Source: Epithemia pelagica (taxonomy: Eukaryota > Protista > Bacillariophyta). Taken from it: a stretch of DNA of 40,076 bases. A model generated the notes under the pieces. That model saw only the letters and a program-made list of their open reading frames with translations. It made no database searches and was not told the origin of the DNA. Below, piece after piece: positions 1 to 10,887 of the stretch (positions are counted from its first letter, which is position 1; every line of letters starts with the position of its first letter). The stretch is from NCBI GenBank assembly GCA_946965045.2, contig OX337243.1, forward strand, positions 1 to 40,076, read 5' to 3'. The position numbers and the translations under genes were made by a program.

Positions 1-73
1 TTTAAATAACTCAGTTGGGTAGAGTATTGGACTGAAAATCCAAAAGGCAATAGTTCGAACCTATTTTTAAACA
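1..73 (+). tRNA. trnF: tRNA-Phe(GAA); first base is G40076 across the window junction
   Basis: Cloverleaf (G)TTTAAA/TTTAAAC, D stem ACTC/GAGT, anticodon arm TTGGA-CTGAAAA-TCCAA, T arm AATAG-TTCGAAC-CTATT. Confidence 0.95.
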
Positions 74-81
74 AAAAATAT

Positions 82-480
82 ATGCTGAAAATAATAAAAA
101 AAATTCAAATATTATTAATAAATTTTAAAAATGCACAATTTAACAAAAAACTATTAGTGATTGAAAAAAATAATTTAGTATACAAGCCTATTTTAAATTT
201 ACTATGGAACAATGGTTATATTTTATATTACAATATAAAATATAATAATGATGGGAATAATAAACTAAAAATTTATTTAAAATACTTTAATAATAAGCCA
301 GTTTTGAAATATACAAAAATATTTATTTGTTCAAAGCGAAATTTTAATTTTTCGATAAACCAAATATATAAATTAAAATCAAATAGTTATTATATATTTT
401 TGACAAAACATGGTCTAAAATCATTAATAGAATGTCAAAAAGCAAATATTAATGGAAGGCTACTATTATTAATTAATTAA
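82..480 (+). CDS. rps8: ribosomal protein S8 (divergent)
   Basis: 132-aa ORF with ILNLLWNNGYI, LKIYLKY, IFLTKHGL and C-terminal GRLLLLI motifs; upstream of rpl6 as in the spc operon. Confidence 0.9.
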   Translation: MLKIIKKIQILLINFKNAQFNKKLLVIEKNNLVYKPILNLLWNNGYILYYNIKYNNDGNNKLKIYLKYFNNKPVLKYTKIFICSKRNFNFSINQIYKLKSNSYYIFLTKHGLKSLIECQKANINGRLLLLIN

Positions 481-497
481 TAATTTTATACTAGCTT

Positions 498-1076
498 ATG
501 AAAAGCCAATTAAAAAAAATTTATTTAATTCCAATACCAAAACACATTACTTTAATTTTGATAAATGAAAAAAATCATAAATTGTTTATTTTAAAATATA
601 ATAATGTAATTAAAGCAGTAAAATTAAAATTAAATTTTAACTTAATATTATTAAAAAAAAGGATTTTTTTAATAAATAATTTAGTATTAAAAATATTTGA
701 GTATTCATTAATAATTCAAAAGTCAATTATTGTAAGCTTTTTAAAACAGTTTATATTTGAATTAAATAATTACAAAATTTACAAGCAACTAAAATTAATA
801 GGGGTAGGATTTAAAGTACATAAATTTATGGCTAATGACAGTATATTGATTTTTAAGTTTGGTTTCAGTCATTCAATATACTTTAAGTTGATAAAAAATA
901 TTACTATAAAAAATTTTCATAATACGCAAATGCTTTTTTTACTATCAAATAGTTTATTAGCTATTTTAAAATATAGTAATTTTATAAAATTACTAAAACC
1001 GATTGATGTTTACACTGGTAAAGGTGTTTTTTTTTATAACGAAAATATTCATTTAAAAAAAATAAAGCATATTTAA
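498..1076 (+). CDS. rpl6: ribosomal protein L6
   Basis: LKLIGVGFK, FKFGFSH and KPIDVYTGKGV L6 motifs. Confidence 0.92.
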   Translation: MKSQLKKIYLIPIPKHITLILINEKNHKLFILKYNNVIKAVKLKLNFNLILLKKRIFLINNLVLKIFEYSLIIQKSIIVSFLKQFIFELNNYKIYKQLKLIGVGFKVHKFMANDSILIFKFGFSHSIYFKLIKNITIKNFHNTQMLFLLSNSLLAILKYSNFIKLLKPIDVYTGKGVFFYNENIHLKKIKHI

Positions 1077-1081
1077 TATTA

Positions 1082-1621
1082 ATGAAATTACTAAAATTTG
1101 ATTATATATATAATAATAATTTTAACATCAAATTTATAAATAATAATATTTTTAAAACTATTATTATTAATATTGTTTATAAAAAAATAATACAAATTAT
1201 TTATAAATTTCATTCAACAAATAAACAAATATTATTTTTAGGTATAAATAAAACAGTAGTAGGACTTTTGAAATTAATCAAAGCACATCATAAACATTTA
1301 TTTATTCCAAATCAATTTTGGGTAAATGGTATTTTAACTAATTATTTAATTTTTAATACCATTCACTTATCGAAAAGATTCCATAAACTCTTTATAAAAC
1401 TAAAATCAAAATATACTTTAAGTTTAATCATAATATTTAAAAAATTTTCATTTACAAAGGAAGTAATCAAATCAAATATTTTGAATATTAATATAAATAA
1501 TACAATAAGTACAAAACCTTATTTATTACAATTTGGATTACCAATACAAATTCAAAATAAACTATTTTATTTATTGCTTTATAAATTGATAAAATTTAAT
1601 AATATACGTGAATTATTATAA
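1082..1621 (+). CDS. rps2: ribosomal protein S2 (divergent)
   Basis: KQILFLG and WVNGILTN S2 motifs; position in the rps8-rpl6-rps2-rps4 cluster. Confidence 0.85.
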   Translation: MKLLKFDYIYNNNFNIKFINNNIFKTIIINIVYKKIIQIIYKFHSTNKQILFLGINKTVVGLLKLIKAHHKHLFIPNQFWVNGILTNYLIFNTIHLSKRFHKLFIKLKSKYTLSLIIIFKKFSFTKEVIKSNILNININNTISTKPYLLQFGLPIQIQNKLFYLLLYKLIKFNNIRELL

Positions 1622-2270
1622 ACCAAAATTAAAAAAAATTTTAACTGTAAACGAACAGACAATTAAAAACTATAAATTTTTTAATTTTAAAAAAAAAAAA
1701 TGGCAAAAATTTATTAATTTTTATAAACTTAACTTTATAAATAAAAAACATTATAAATTTAAATTAATCGATCAAAAAAAAAACTTATTAAATTATTATT
1801 CAACGAAGTTTAGTAGTTATAAAAACAATTATAAGCATTCAATTATATATAACAAAATATTTAAATTTTTATACCAAAGTATAATGAAAATAAATAATAC
1901 TAAAAATTTTAAACAAAATACAATTTTTAATTTTTTGGAAAATCGACTTGATATAATATTATTAAAATCCAAATATTATTTAACAATTCGAGCTACTCAT
2001 TATGCAATAAAAACTGGGTATATTTTTATAAATGATATTAAGACTAAGAAAAAATCATTTATAGTAAAATCAGGTTATTTTATTAAAGTTATAAATTGTT
2101 TAATAAATTATAATAAATTTTTAATTTACTGTTTTAAATGGGTATTGCCTTTTTCAAATTATATGATCAATTATGTTACAAAGGAACTAGTTTATTTTAA
2201 TAATATGAAAATTGAAAATTTTACATTGGAATTTCCTAATTATTTATATATAAATAAACTTTTTAATTAA
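1608..2270 (+). CDS. rps4: ribosomal protein S4 (probable GTG start)
   Basis: S4 domain LENRLDIILLK...AIKTGYIFIND; overlaps rps2 by 14 nt. Confidence 0.9.
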   Translation: MNYYKPKLKKILTVNEQTIKNYKFFNFKKKKWQKFINFYKLNFINKKHYKFKLIDQKKNLLNYYSTKFSSYKNNYKHSIIYNKIFKFLYQSIMKINNTKNFKQNTIFNFLENRLDIILLKSKYYLTIRATHYAIKTGYIFINDIKTKKKSFIVKSGYFIKVINCLINYNKFLIYCFKWVLPFSNYMINYVTKELVYFNNMKIENFTLEFPNYLYINKLFN

Positions 2271-2272
2271 AC

Positions 2273-2357
2273 ACTCATTTGGTGAAATTGGTAAACACGT
2301 CAGACTTAAAATTTGATTTTTTATTTTAAATTATTGGTTCGAGTCCAATATTGAGTA
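2273..2357 (+). tRNA. trnL: tRNA-Leu(UAA)
   Basis: Anticodon arm TCAGA-CTTAAAA-TTTGA, long variable arm, T arm ATTGG-TTCGAGT-CCAAT. Confidence 0.92.
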
Positions 2358-2363
2358 TTTGTA

Positions 2364-2446
2364 ACCAAAATGGTGAAATTGGTAAACACACTAGTTTTAG
2401 GACCTAGTTATATAGTAGTTTAAGGGTTCAAGTCCCTTTTTTGGTA
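2364..2446 (+). tRNA. trnL: tRNA-Leu(UAG)
   Basis: Acceptor ACCAAAA/TTTTGGT, loop TTTAGGA, long variable arm, T arm AAGGG-TTCAAGT-CCCTT. Confidence 0.9.
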
Positions 2447-2458
2447 GTAATTAGTAAT

Positions 2459-2833
2459 ATGTCATTAAATCAATTATATAAAAAAATATATTTTCAAAAA
2501 CAAAAATCAAAAAAAAATAAAGCAATAGCTTTAAATAAATGTCCTCAAAAGCGTGGTGTTTGTTTAAAACTAGTAATAAAAGCACCGAAAAAACCAAACT
2601 CCGCTTTACGAAAACTTGTCAAATTAAAACTAACTACAAACAAAATTGTTTATGCTCATATACCAGGTGAAGGTCATAATTTACTTGAATTTTCAACCGT
2701 ATTGATTCGCGGTGGTCGTGTTAAAGACATTCCTGGTATTAAATATAAAACAATAAGGGGCAAGTATGATCTGTTGGGCATAAAGGATCGCAAATCATCG
2801 CGGTCAAAATATGGTACTAAAAAATTATGTTAA
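2459..2833 (+). CDS. rps12: ribosomal protein S12 (ATG 2459)
   Basis: [10 protein letters not shown] and [10 protein letters not shown] motifs. The TTG 2441 in the ORF track lies inside trnL. Confidence 0.98.
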   Translation: MSLNQLYKKIYFQKQKSKKNKAIALNKCPQKRGVCLKLVIKAPKKPNSALRKLVKLKLTTNKIVYAHIPGEGHNLLEFSTVLIRGGRVKDIPGIKYKTIRGKYDLLGIKDRKSSRSKYGTKKLC

Positions 2834-3189
2834 AACTGAAAACTTCAATCATTCAAACTCTTTTGCTTAAAGGTAGTAAACCATTAAGTGAAAAATTATT
2901 TAAACAATTGGTCAAACAATTTATTATTTATAAAAAGTATAATGGTAAAAATTTATTCAAAATATTTCTTTGCTTATTATTATTTTTATTTAAACTAGTT
3001 TTTAAAACAAATAACAGTTATAAAATAATATTTCTATTGCAAACAAAATATTTTTATAGCATAAAATTTTTAGTCAAAAATAAAATTAATATTTCAAATA
3101 TTAATAAAATAATAATGTTAAAAAAACAGTATAATGATAAAATATTATTTGATTATAAAAAAATTTTATTTTTTTATCGATGGAAATAA
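2827..3189 (+). CDS. rps7: ribosomal protein S7 (short, divergent)
   Basis: Follows rps12; [14 protein letters not shown] resembles the S7 KGKK..AEKIF helix; ends FYRWK like the S7 C-terminus. Confidence 0.75.
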   Translation: MLKLKTSIIQTLLLKGSKPLSEKLFKQLVKQFIIYKKYNGKNLFKIFLCLLLFLFKLVFKTNNSYKIIFLLQTKYFYSIKFLVKNKINISNINKIIMLKKQYNDKILFDYKKILFFYRWK

Positions 3190-3190
3190 A

Positions 3191-3565
3191 ATGATTCAAC
3201 ATAAAACCAATTTAAAAATAATTGATAATTCAGGAGCTAAAACCGCTAAATGTATTAAAGTTTTTGGTGGTTATAAAAAAAAACAAGCATACATTGGTGA
3301 TATTGTTTTGGTCGCCATTACTGGTTTAAAAAAAAACACAAATAAATTAAATATAAAAAAACACACTATTTTTAAAGCCATTATTGTTAAAACCAAATCG
3401 ATTAATCAAAAAAATACTGGTTTTAAGTTAAAATTTCAAACAAATGACATCATATTATTAAATAAACAAAATAATCCTATCGCAAATCGAATTACTGATA
3501 TTATACCACGTTTTTTTAAAAATCGATTTTATAAATTATTAACTGTTTCATATAATTTAATATAA
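3191..3565 (+). CDS. rpl14: ribosomal protein L14 (ATG 3191)
   Basis: MIQ..LKIIDNSGAKTAKCIKV and IGDIVLV motifs. Confidence 0.97.
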   Translation: MIQHKTNLKIIDNSGAKTAKCIKVFGGYKKKQAYIGDIVLVAITGLKKNTNKLNIKKHTIFKAIIVKTKSINQKNTGFKLKFQTNDIILLNKQNNPIANRITDIIPRFFKNRFYKLLTVSYNLI

Positions 3566-3605
3566 ACACACTTTATTTAATACTTGATTATATTTTAGTA
3601 TATAT

Positions 3606-4575
3606 CAAATCAATTTTGCATAATTATTTGGTCATTTGGTTGAAAAGATATAATTTTAATAAATAATTTTCAACCACAAATTTGAAAATTTTATTTAAAA
3701 ATTGAAAATTTGTGGTTCAAAATTCGGTATATAATAAGGCTTAAATTAGTATCAAAATCACAAAAAATCATAAATCATAGGTAGTAACCTATGATTTTAT
3801 TTATCTGTTTTGGTTATCCGTTTTTTATTTTTTAAAATAGTATAAAAAATCAATGATAATCAATTTATTAATAAGTGATTTTAATTATCATTTTATTTCA
3901 TTTTATTAAAATAAAAATAATTTTGCATAATTATTTGGTCATTTGGTTGAAAAGATATAATTTTAACAAATAATTTTGAACCACAAATTTTCAATTTTAT
4001 TTAAAAATTGAAAATTTGTGGTTCAAAATTCGGTATATAATAAGGCTTAAATTAGTATCAAAATCACAAAAAATCACAAATCATAGGTAGTAACCTATGA
4101 TTTTATTTATCTGTTTTGGTTATCCGTTTTTTATTTTTTAAAATAGTATAAAAAATCAATGATTTTAATAATTAATAATTAATTTTGATTATCATTTTAT
4201 TTCATTTTATTAGAATAAAATCAATTTTGCATAGTTATTTGGTTATTATTTTTTAAGTAGTATAAAAAATCAATGATAATCAATTTATTAATAAGTGATT
4301 TTAATTATCATTTTATTTCATTTTATTGAAATAAAAATAATTTTGCATAATTATTTGGTCATTTGGTTGAAAAGATATAATTTTAATAAGTAATTTTCAA
4401 CCACAAATTTGAAAATTTTATTTAAAAATTGAAAATTTGTGTTTCAAAATTCGGTACATAATAAGGCTTAAATTAGTATCAAAATCACGAAAAATCATAA
4501 ATCATAGGTAGTAACCTATGATTTTATTTATCCGTTTTCTATTTTTTAAAATAGTATAAAAAATCAATTTTCACA
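3606..4575. repeat. repeat locus 1: about 3 copies plus a truncated copy of the ~305-bp hairpin unit
   Basis: Marker GGCTTAAATT at 3738, 4044, 4465; TTTTGCATA at 3614, 3921, 4225, 4341. Boundaries approximate. Confidence 0.95.
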
Positions 4576-4645
4576 GTTATTTGGTTTAATTGTATAATAA
4601 GTGTTATTATAAATCGATTTTCATATTAAATTTTTATAATATAGT

Positions 4646-4873
4646 ATGTTATTACAAGCAGCAAAATGCATTGGAGCTGGTTTAGCCACATTTGGTTTGG
4701 CTGGTGCTGGTATTGGTATTGGAAATGTTTTTGGTTCTTTATTAAATTCAATGGCTCGAAATCCCTCGTTGAAAGACGAGCTTTTCAAAATGGCTATATT
4801 GGGTTTTGCTTTAACCGAAGCTATAGCATTGTTTTCATTAATGATTGCTTTTTTATTATTATTTGCTTTTTAA
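4646..4873 (+). CDS. atp9: ATP synthase subunit c
   Basis: [11 protein letters not shown]...ARNPSL...[11 protein letters not shown]; MLLQAAK N-terminus is diatom-like. Confidence 0.99.
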   Translation: MLLQAAKCIGAGLATFGLAGAGIGIGNVFGSLLNSMARNPSLKDELFKMAILGFALTEAIALFSLMIAFLLLFAF

Positions 4874-4898
4874 TATTAATTAAAAAGCAAATAATAAC

Positions 4899-4971
4899 AA
4901 GTATATAACTCAATTGGTTGAGTGTGAGCCTTTTAAGCTTAATTATTTAGGTTCGAATCCTAATATACTTG
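4899..4971 (+). tRNA. trnK: tRNA-Lys(UUU)
   Basis: Acceptor AAGTATA/TATACTT, arm TGAGC-CTTTTAA-GCTTA, T arm TTAGG-TTCGAAT-CCTAA. Confidence 0.93.
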
Positions 4972-4974
4972 TTA

Positions 4975-5292
4975 ATGTTTGAATTAATTTTTTATATTAT
5001 AACTTGCAATATTTTAATATTTATTATTGGTTTTTTCGGTATATTTATAAATAAACGGAATATTTTTATGATTTTGGTTTCCATTGAAGTTTTATTTTTG
5101 GGCTTAAATTTAAATTTTGTAATTACTGCTATATATTTAGACGATATTGTTGGACATATTTTTGTTATATTTATTTTAACTATTATAACATGTGAATCCG
5201 CAATTGGCTTATCATTATTGATAATATTATATAAATTAAAAAAGTCCATTGATATTAATTTAGTTAAAGGATTATTATTAACGAAATTTTAA
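4975..5292 (+). CDS. nad4L: NADH dehydrogenase subunit 4L (ATG 4975)
   Basis: GIFINKRNIFMILVSIE...LDDIVGHIF...CESAIGL motifs. Confidence 0.96.
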   Translation: MFELIFYIITCNILIFIIGFFGIFINKRNIFMILVSIEVLFLGLNLNFVITAIYLDDIVGHIFVIFILTIITCESAIGLSLLIILYKLKKSIDINLVKGLLLTKF

Positions 5293-5322
5293 GTTGTAAC
5301 AATTAAAAAATAATAAACAAAA

Positions 5323-5526
5323 ATGCCTCAGTTTGATTTATTACTTATTTTTTCACTATTAAAAGACTTAACATTAACTTTAATATTTTATTATTTAACT
5401 TTTTCAATTTTATTTGTGCAAAATATAACAACATTTAAATTTCGAACAAAAATTTTAAAAACTCAAAATTCAATTTTATTAAAAGCTATTATAACTGCAA
5501 ACAAATTATTGTTTAAAACTATATAA
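5323..5526 (+). CDS. atp8: ATP synthase subunit 8
   Basis: MPQFD N-terminus, one hydrophobic segment, basic tail (FKFRTK). Confidence 0.9.
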   Translation: MPQFDLLLIFSLLKDLTLTLIFYYLTFSILFVQNITTFKFRTKILKTQNSILLKAIITANKLLFKTI

Positions 5527-6182
5527 TAGTTTTAAACAATAACTTGTTTTTTATACAAAAAATTAAAATGAGTATTAAAAAAGTATCATTATTATTATAT
5601 TTAATTACTAATGGTATACAAATACCACATTACTGTTTTTATAATGATTTATCAATAGCGGGTAATTGCCGAGTTTGTTTAGTTGAAATTAATAAAGCAC
5701 CAAAACCTATAGTATCATGTTCAACCAATATTGAAATTATTTTAAATAAAAATCAAATTTTTTTTGATACTCCATTAGTTAAAAAAGCTCGTGAAAATAT
5801 AATTGAATTTTTATTATTGAACCATCCATTAGACTGTCCGATTTGTGACCAAGGTGGCGATTGTGACTTACAGGATCAGTCAATTTTTTTTGGTTTTATT
5901 AAACGTCGTTTTTTTAATTACAAACGTATTGTTAACGATAAGGAACTTGGACCTATTATAAAAACTGTTATGACAAGGTGTATTCACTGCACGCGTTGTG
6001 TTAGGTTTTTTAATGATATTTGTGGATCAAATGAGTTAGGTGTTTTTGGGCGGGGTAATAAAAGTGAAATTGGATCATACACACATAAAATAATATTTTC
6101 CGAGCTATCAGCTAATGTAATTGATATTTGTCCTGTTGGTTGGTTGACTAATCAAATTTTCAATAGGAGCGTTAACGACTAA
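5526..6182 (+). CDS. nad11: NADH dehydrogenase subunit 11, N-terminal Fe-S part; start uncertain (ATA 5523/5526, TTG 5544 or ATG 5568)
   Basis: [35 protein letters not shown] and DICPVG Fe-S motifs. Frame open from 5517. Confidence 0.95.
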   Translation: MVLNNNLFFIQKIKMSIKKVSLLLYLITNGIQIPHYCFYNDLSIAGNCRVCLVEINKAPKPIVSCSTNIEIILNKNQIFFDTPLVKKARENIIEFLLLNHPLDCPICDQGGDCDLQDQSIFFGFIKRRFFNYKRIVNDKELGPIIKTVMTRCIHCTRCVRFFNDICGSNELGVFGRGNKSEIGSYTHKIIFSELSANVIDICPVGWLTNQIFNRSVND

Positions 6183-7704
6183 AAATTATCCTTTTGAAAT
6201 ACGTGGGTGGGAAATTCAACAAATTGTGCATTTTGATCCGATTGACACTTTTTGTTCAAATGTAAAATTTTTAATTAATAAAAATCAAATTTTGCAAATC
6301 GAACCAACTTACTCAAGTCAATTTCATAAAAACTCATATATAAATAATAAAACACGTTATTTTTTTGATGGTCTAAAAAATTTTAATACTACTAATTTTC
6401 TATTTTTTAATAAAATTAAAAAATTAGCCAAAACTTTAGTACAAACATTGTATATTTTTGAATTAAATTTTTTAAAATATCGGTTTATAAGTTATTTTTA
6501 TATTGTTTATGAATACTTAAATTTAAATTCGTTATGTTTATTAGCTTTATTTAAACAAAAATACTTTTTCTTTAAAATTATCAATGCTAATAATGTTAAA
6601 ACAAATAATAATTTAGAGCATACTTTATTGTTTAATTTAATAAAATTAAATAACTCAAATATGTGTTTATTAATTAATTCAAATATAAAATTGCAAAATA
6701 GTTTATTATATTTAAAACTAAAACAGCGTTTTTTGAAAGGTTCCTTTAAATTATTTAGTATTAGTTCATTTTTTAATTTAGTTTTTTCATTTAAATTGTT
6801 GAGTAATAATTTAAAAACTCTTATTTTGATTACGGAAGGTCGCCATCCAATTTGTCAAAATATAATAGCTGCGAAAGCACCATTTTTTATATTTAATTCC
6901 GATTTATATAAACGTATTGATAATCCTATTATTTATATAATTATGTTATATTTAAATAAGTTCATTTATTTTTACAAATTAAATATATTAAATTCATCAA
7001 TTTGGAATACTGGTATTAATTTAATTAATACAGATTCTAACAACACTAATAAAATTATTTATCAATTTAGTTTTATTTATTTTATTAATATTGAAAATAA
7101 AAATTTATTAATATTAACAAAAATTAAATTACTATATTTAACAAAAATTATTAACTTGATGTCAATTAAAAAAACATATCTAAATCAAAATTATTTTAAT
7201 ATGTTTTCAAATTCATTAGTATTACCGAAAAATTCAACTCATTTTTATTTACCAACAAAAAATATATTTGAAAATATCGAATTATTTTTCAATACACAAG
7301 GAATCATAAAACAAACAAACAAATTATTTTCGTTGAATAATTTAAAATCAAGTTGGAAATTATTACGAGTTCTATTAACAAAGTTAAATACTGTAAACCA
7401 AATTATTAAAAAAACTATATTTGTTAATTATAACTTATTTAGCCATTTTAATTTTATTTTTATTATTTTTTTATTTTATTTGGCCAAAAAAATAATTACA
7501 AAAAATTTAACAATAAATAATAGTAATACATTTATATTTAAAAATATATTATTTAATATAAATAAACAAGTTAAATACGTAAATACAATTATTAAATTTT
7601 CATTAAATGACTTTTTTATTGGCAATGATGGCTTCACTAATCAATCATTAATTTTAATAAAATGTTCAAAAATTAATCGAATTCAAGTAACAAATTTCTT
7701 TTAA
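6163..7704 (+). CDS. nad11: NADH dehydrogenase subunit 11, C-terminal part; no ATG near its 5' end, proposed ATA 6163
   Basis: Frame open from 6148 reads [22 protein letters not shown]..., matching the Nad11 consensus GALTSKPYAF.ARPWE. Later [12 protein letters not shown] and EGRHPICQ motifs also match. Confidence 0.88.
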   Translation: MGALTTKNYPFEIRGWEIQQIVHFDPIDTFCSNVKFLINKNQILQIEPTYSSQFHKNSYINNKTRYFFDGLKNFNTTNFLFFNKIKKLAKTLVQTLYIFELNFLKYRFISYFYIVYEYLNLNSLCLLALFKQKYFFFKIINANNVKTNNNLEHTLLFNLIKLNNSNMCLLINSNIKLQNSLLYLKLKQRFLKGSFKLFSISSFFNLVFSFKLLSNNLKTLILITEGRHPICQNIIAAKAPFFIFNSDLYKRIDNPIIYIIMLYLNKFIYFYKLNILNSSIWNTGINLINTDSNNTNKIIYQFSFIYFINIENKNLLILTKIKLLYLTKIINLMSIKKTYLNQNYFNMFSNSLVLPKNSTHFYLPTKNIFENIELFFNTQGIIKQTNKLFSLNNLKSSWKLLRVLLTKLNTVNQIIKKTIFVNYNLFSHFNFIFIIFLFYLAKKIITKNLTINNSNTFIFKNILFNINKQVKYVNTIIKFSLNDFFIGNDGFTNQSLILIKCSKINRIQVTNFF

Positions 7705-7708
7705 ATGA

Positions 7709-9199
<1,491 letters not shown>

Positions 9200-9216
9200 T
9201 TATAAAACTAATTTTT

Positions 9217-9287
9217 TGGAATATGGCTGAATGGTAAAGCATTTGTTTTTGGTACAATTTATAAAGGTTCAAATCCTTTTATTCCAT
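9217..9287 (+). tRNA. trnQ: tRNA-Gln(UUG)
   Basis: Acceptor TGGAATA/TATTCCA, loop TTTTGGT, T arm AAAGG-TTCAAAT-CCTTT. Confidence 0.92.
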
Positions 9288-9291
9288 AGTT

Positions 9292-10050
9292 ATGTTATTA
9301 GCTCCTTTGGAACAATTTGAAATACTATCATTAAATAATATTTTTTTATTCAATTTTAACTTATCATTAACAAATTTTTTAATTATGAATTTATTAACTT
9401 TATTTATTATTATTATTATTATATTTTTTAATAAAAACAATTTAAAAAAGACACAATATTTTTATTTGATTCCAAATAATTGGCAATATTTAATTGAACT
9501 ATTAACTACTACAATTGTAGCACAATTAATAATTAATTCAATCACAAAAAACAACAAACAGTATTTTTTTATAATTGGATTAATATTTAATTTTATTTTA
9601 TTTAGTAATATTATTGGACTTATTCCGTATTCGTTTACAGTTACAAGTCATTTATATGTGACTTTTTTATTATCATTTTCTGTTTTTATTGGTATTAATA
9701 TTATTACTATAAACAAGTATAAATTTAAAAGCTTTTTGTTATTTTTTCCCGCAAATACGTCAATTTTTCTAGCTATAATTTTAGTTCCAATCGAATTTAT
9801 ATCATATATTGCAAAACCAATCAGCTTAGGTGTTCGTCTATTCATTAATTTAATGGCAGGACACACTCTTTTGAAAGTTATTGTTGGTTTTGCATGGGAT
9901 TTATTGTTACTCGAGCTATTAAATTCATTTTTATTATTAATACCAATGATTACTTTAGTAATTTTATTTGGTTTGGAATTAGGTGTTGCATTAATTCAAA
10001 GTTATGTTTTTACGATTTTAACATGTATATATATTGAGGATGGAAGTTAG
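9292..10050 (+). CDS. atp6: ATP synthase subunit a
   Basis: APLEQFEI, IGLIPYSFTVTSH and SLGVRLFINLMAGH motifs. Confidence 0.98.
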   Translation: MLLAPLEQFEILSLNNIFLFNFNLSLTNFLIMNLLTLFIIIIIIFFNKNNLKKTQYFYLIPNNWQYLIELLTTTIVAQLIINSITKNNKQYFFIIGLIFNFILFSNIIGLIPYSFTVTSHLYVTFLLSFSVFIGINIITINKYKFKSFLLFFPANTSIFLAIILVPIEFISYIAKPISLGVRLFINLMAGHTLLKVIVGFAWDLLLLELLNSFLLLIPMITLVILFGLELGVALIQSYVFTILTCIYIEDGS

Positions 10051-10584
10051 TTGTTATTAACAATCAATATAAAGTCAAAAAATAACAAGTCTATTTTTAA
10101 ATGTTTTTTAATATTAAGTTTTTTGTTTAATAATTCAAATGTAATCATTAAAATAGTCAATTACCAAAAAAATAAATTGATAAAATTTACTTTATTAAAG
10201 TCACCACATATTAACAAAACAGCCCAAAGTTGGTTTAATTATAATATTTATAGTACTAAAGTCAAATTAATTATTATTGATATCGAAAAATTAATATTTA
10301 ATTTTAAATACATATTAAAAATATTATTTCATGATATTTATATTAGTATAAATTACTTATATATAAATAATCGAATATTTACATTTGATTACATACTAAT
10401 TAATATAAAATCAAATAATATAAGATCAAATTTGTATTATTTCAATAATATTAATATATATATGCATATATTCAAAACTTTATTTAATATAAAAATTCAA
10501 AATTTAAATATTTTAAAAGCTAATAATTCAGTGGTAGAATATCCGTCTGATAAACGGAATGCCAACAGTTCGATCCTGTTTTAG
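10051..10584 (+). CDS. rps10: ribosomal protein S10 (TTG start; last 68 nt overlap trnI)
   Basis: KFTLLKSPHINKTAQ S10 motif. Confidence 0.88.
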   Translation: MLLTINIKSKNNKSIFKCFLILSFLFNNSNVIIKIVNYQKNKLIKFTLLKSPHINKTAQSWFNYNIYSTKVKLIIIDIEKLIFNFKYILKILFHDIYISINYLYINNRIFTFDYILINIKSNNIRSNLYYFNNINIYMHIFKTLFNIKIQNLNILKANNSVVEYPSDKRNANSSILF

Positions 10585-10588
10585 CTAA
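10517..10588 (+). tRNA. trnI: tRNA-Ile(GAU)
   Basis: Arm TCCGT-CTGATAA-ACGGA, T arm AACAG-TTCGATC-CTGTT; 1:72 A/A mismatch. Confidence 0.93.
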
Positions 10589-10690
10589 TAATTTGCCTGA
10601 AACCATAATGATTTCAAGTGCAATTTAACACTATTTTAAAATACTTAAAAAATTGGGAATCAATCAAAATATTGTTTAAATATTACATTA
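10589..10690 (+). rRNA. candidate highly derived mitochondrial 5S rRNA
   Basis: CCTGA-AACCATAATGATT-TCA-AGTG reproduces 5S helix III with a 13-nt loop C (E. coli CCUGA-CCCCAUGCCGAAC-UCA-GAAGUG). Downstream ATACT...GGGAA resembles the loop E/helix IV region. Ends uncertain. Confidence 0.5.
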
Positions 10691-10708
10691 TATATATATA
10701 TATATATA
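10689..10708. repeat. (TA)10 microsatellite
   Basis: Ten TA units read directly. Confidence 0.95.
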
Positions 10709-10714
10709 CATAAA

Positions 10715-10787
10715 ACCCTTATGGTCCAGTGGTTCACGACTTTGCTTTTTCAAAACAAATACATGAGTTCGACTCTCATTAAGGGTG
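10715..10787 (+). tRNA. trnE: tRNA-Glu(UUC)
   Basis: Acceptor ACCCTTA/TAAGGGT, loop TTTTCAA, T arm ATGAG-TTCGACT-CTCAT. Confidence 0.92.
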
Positions 10788-10805
10788 TATATATTATATG
10801 AAACT

Positions 10806-10880
10806 AAATTTATAGCTCAAAACTGGTAGAGCAAACCACTCATAATGGTTTGGTTATAGGTTCAAGTCCTATTAAATTTA
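10806..10880 (+). tRNA. tRNA with CAU anticodon (lysidine-type Ile or elongator Met; unresolved)
   Basis: Acceptor AAATTTA/TAAATTT, arm AACCA-CTCATAA-TGGTT, T arm ATAGG-TTCAAGT-CCTAT. Confidence 0.88.
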
Positions 10881-10887
10881 ATTATTT

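Noticed and set aside
6145-6147. UGA=Trp code as the explanation for the nad11 split
   Set aside because: Reading through TGA 6145 meets TAA 6118 and never joins the nad11a frame. trnW has CCA and conserved Trp codons are TGG.
10689-10708. (TA)10 tract as a functional element
   Set aside because: Simple slippage repeat with no further evidence of function.
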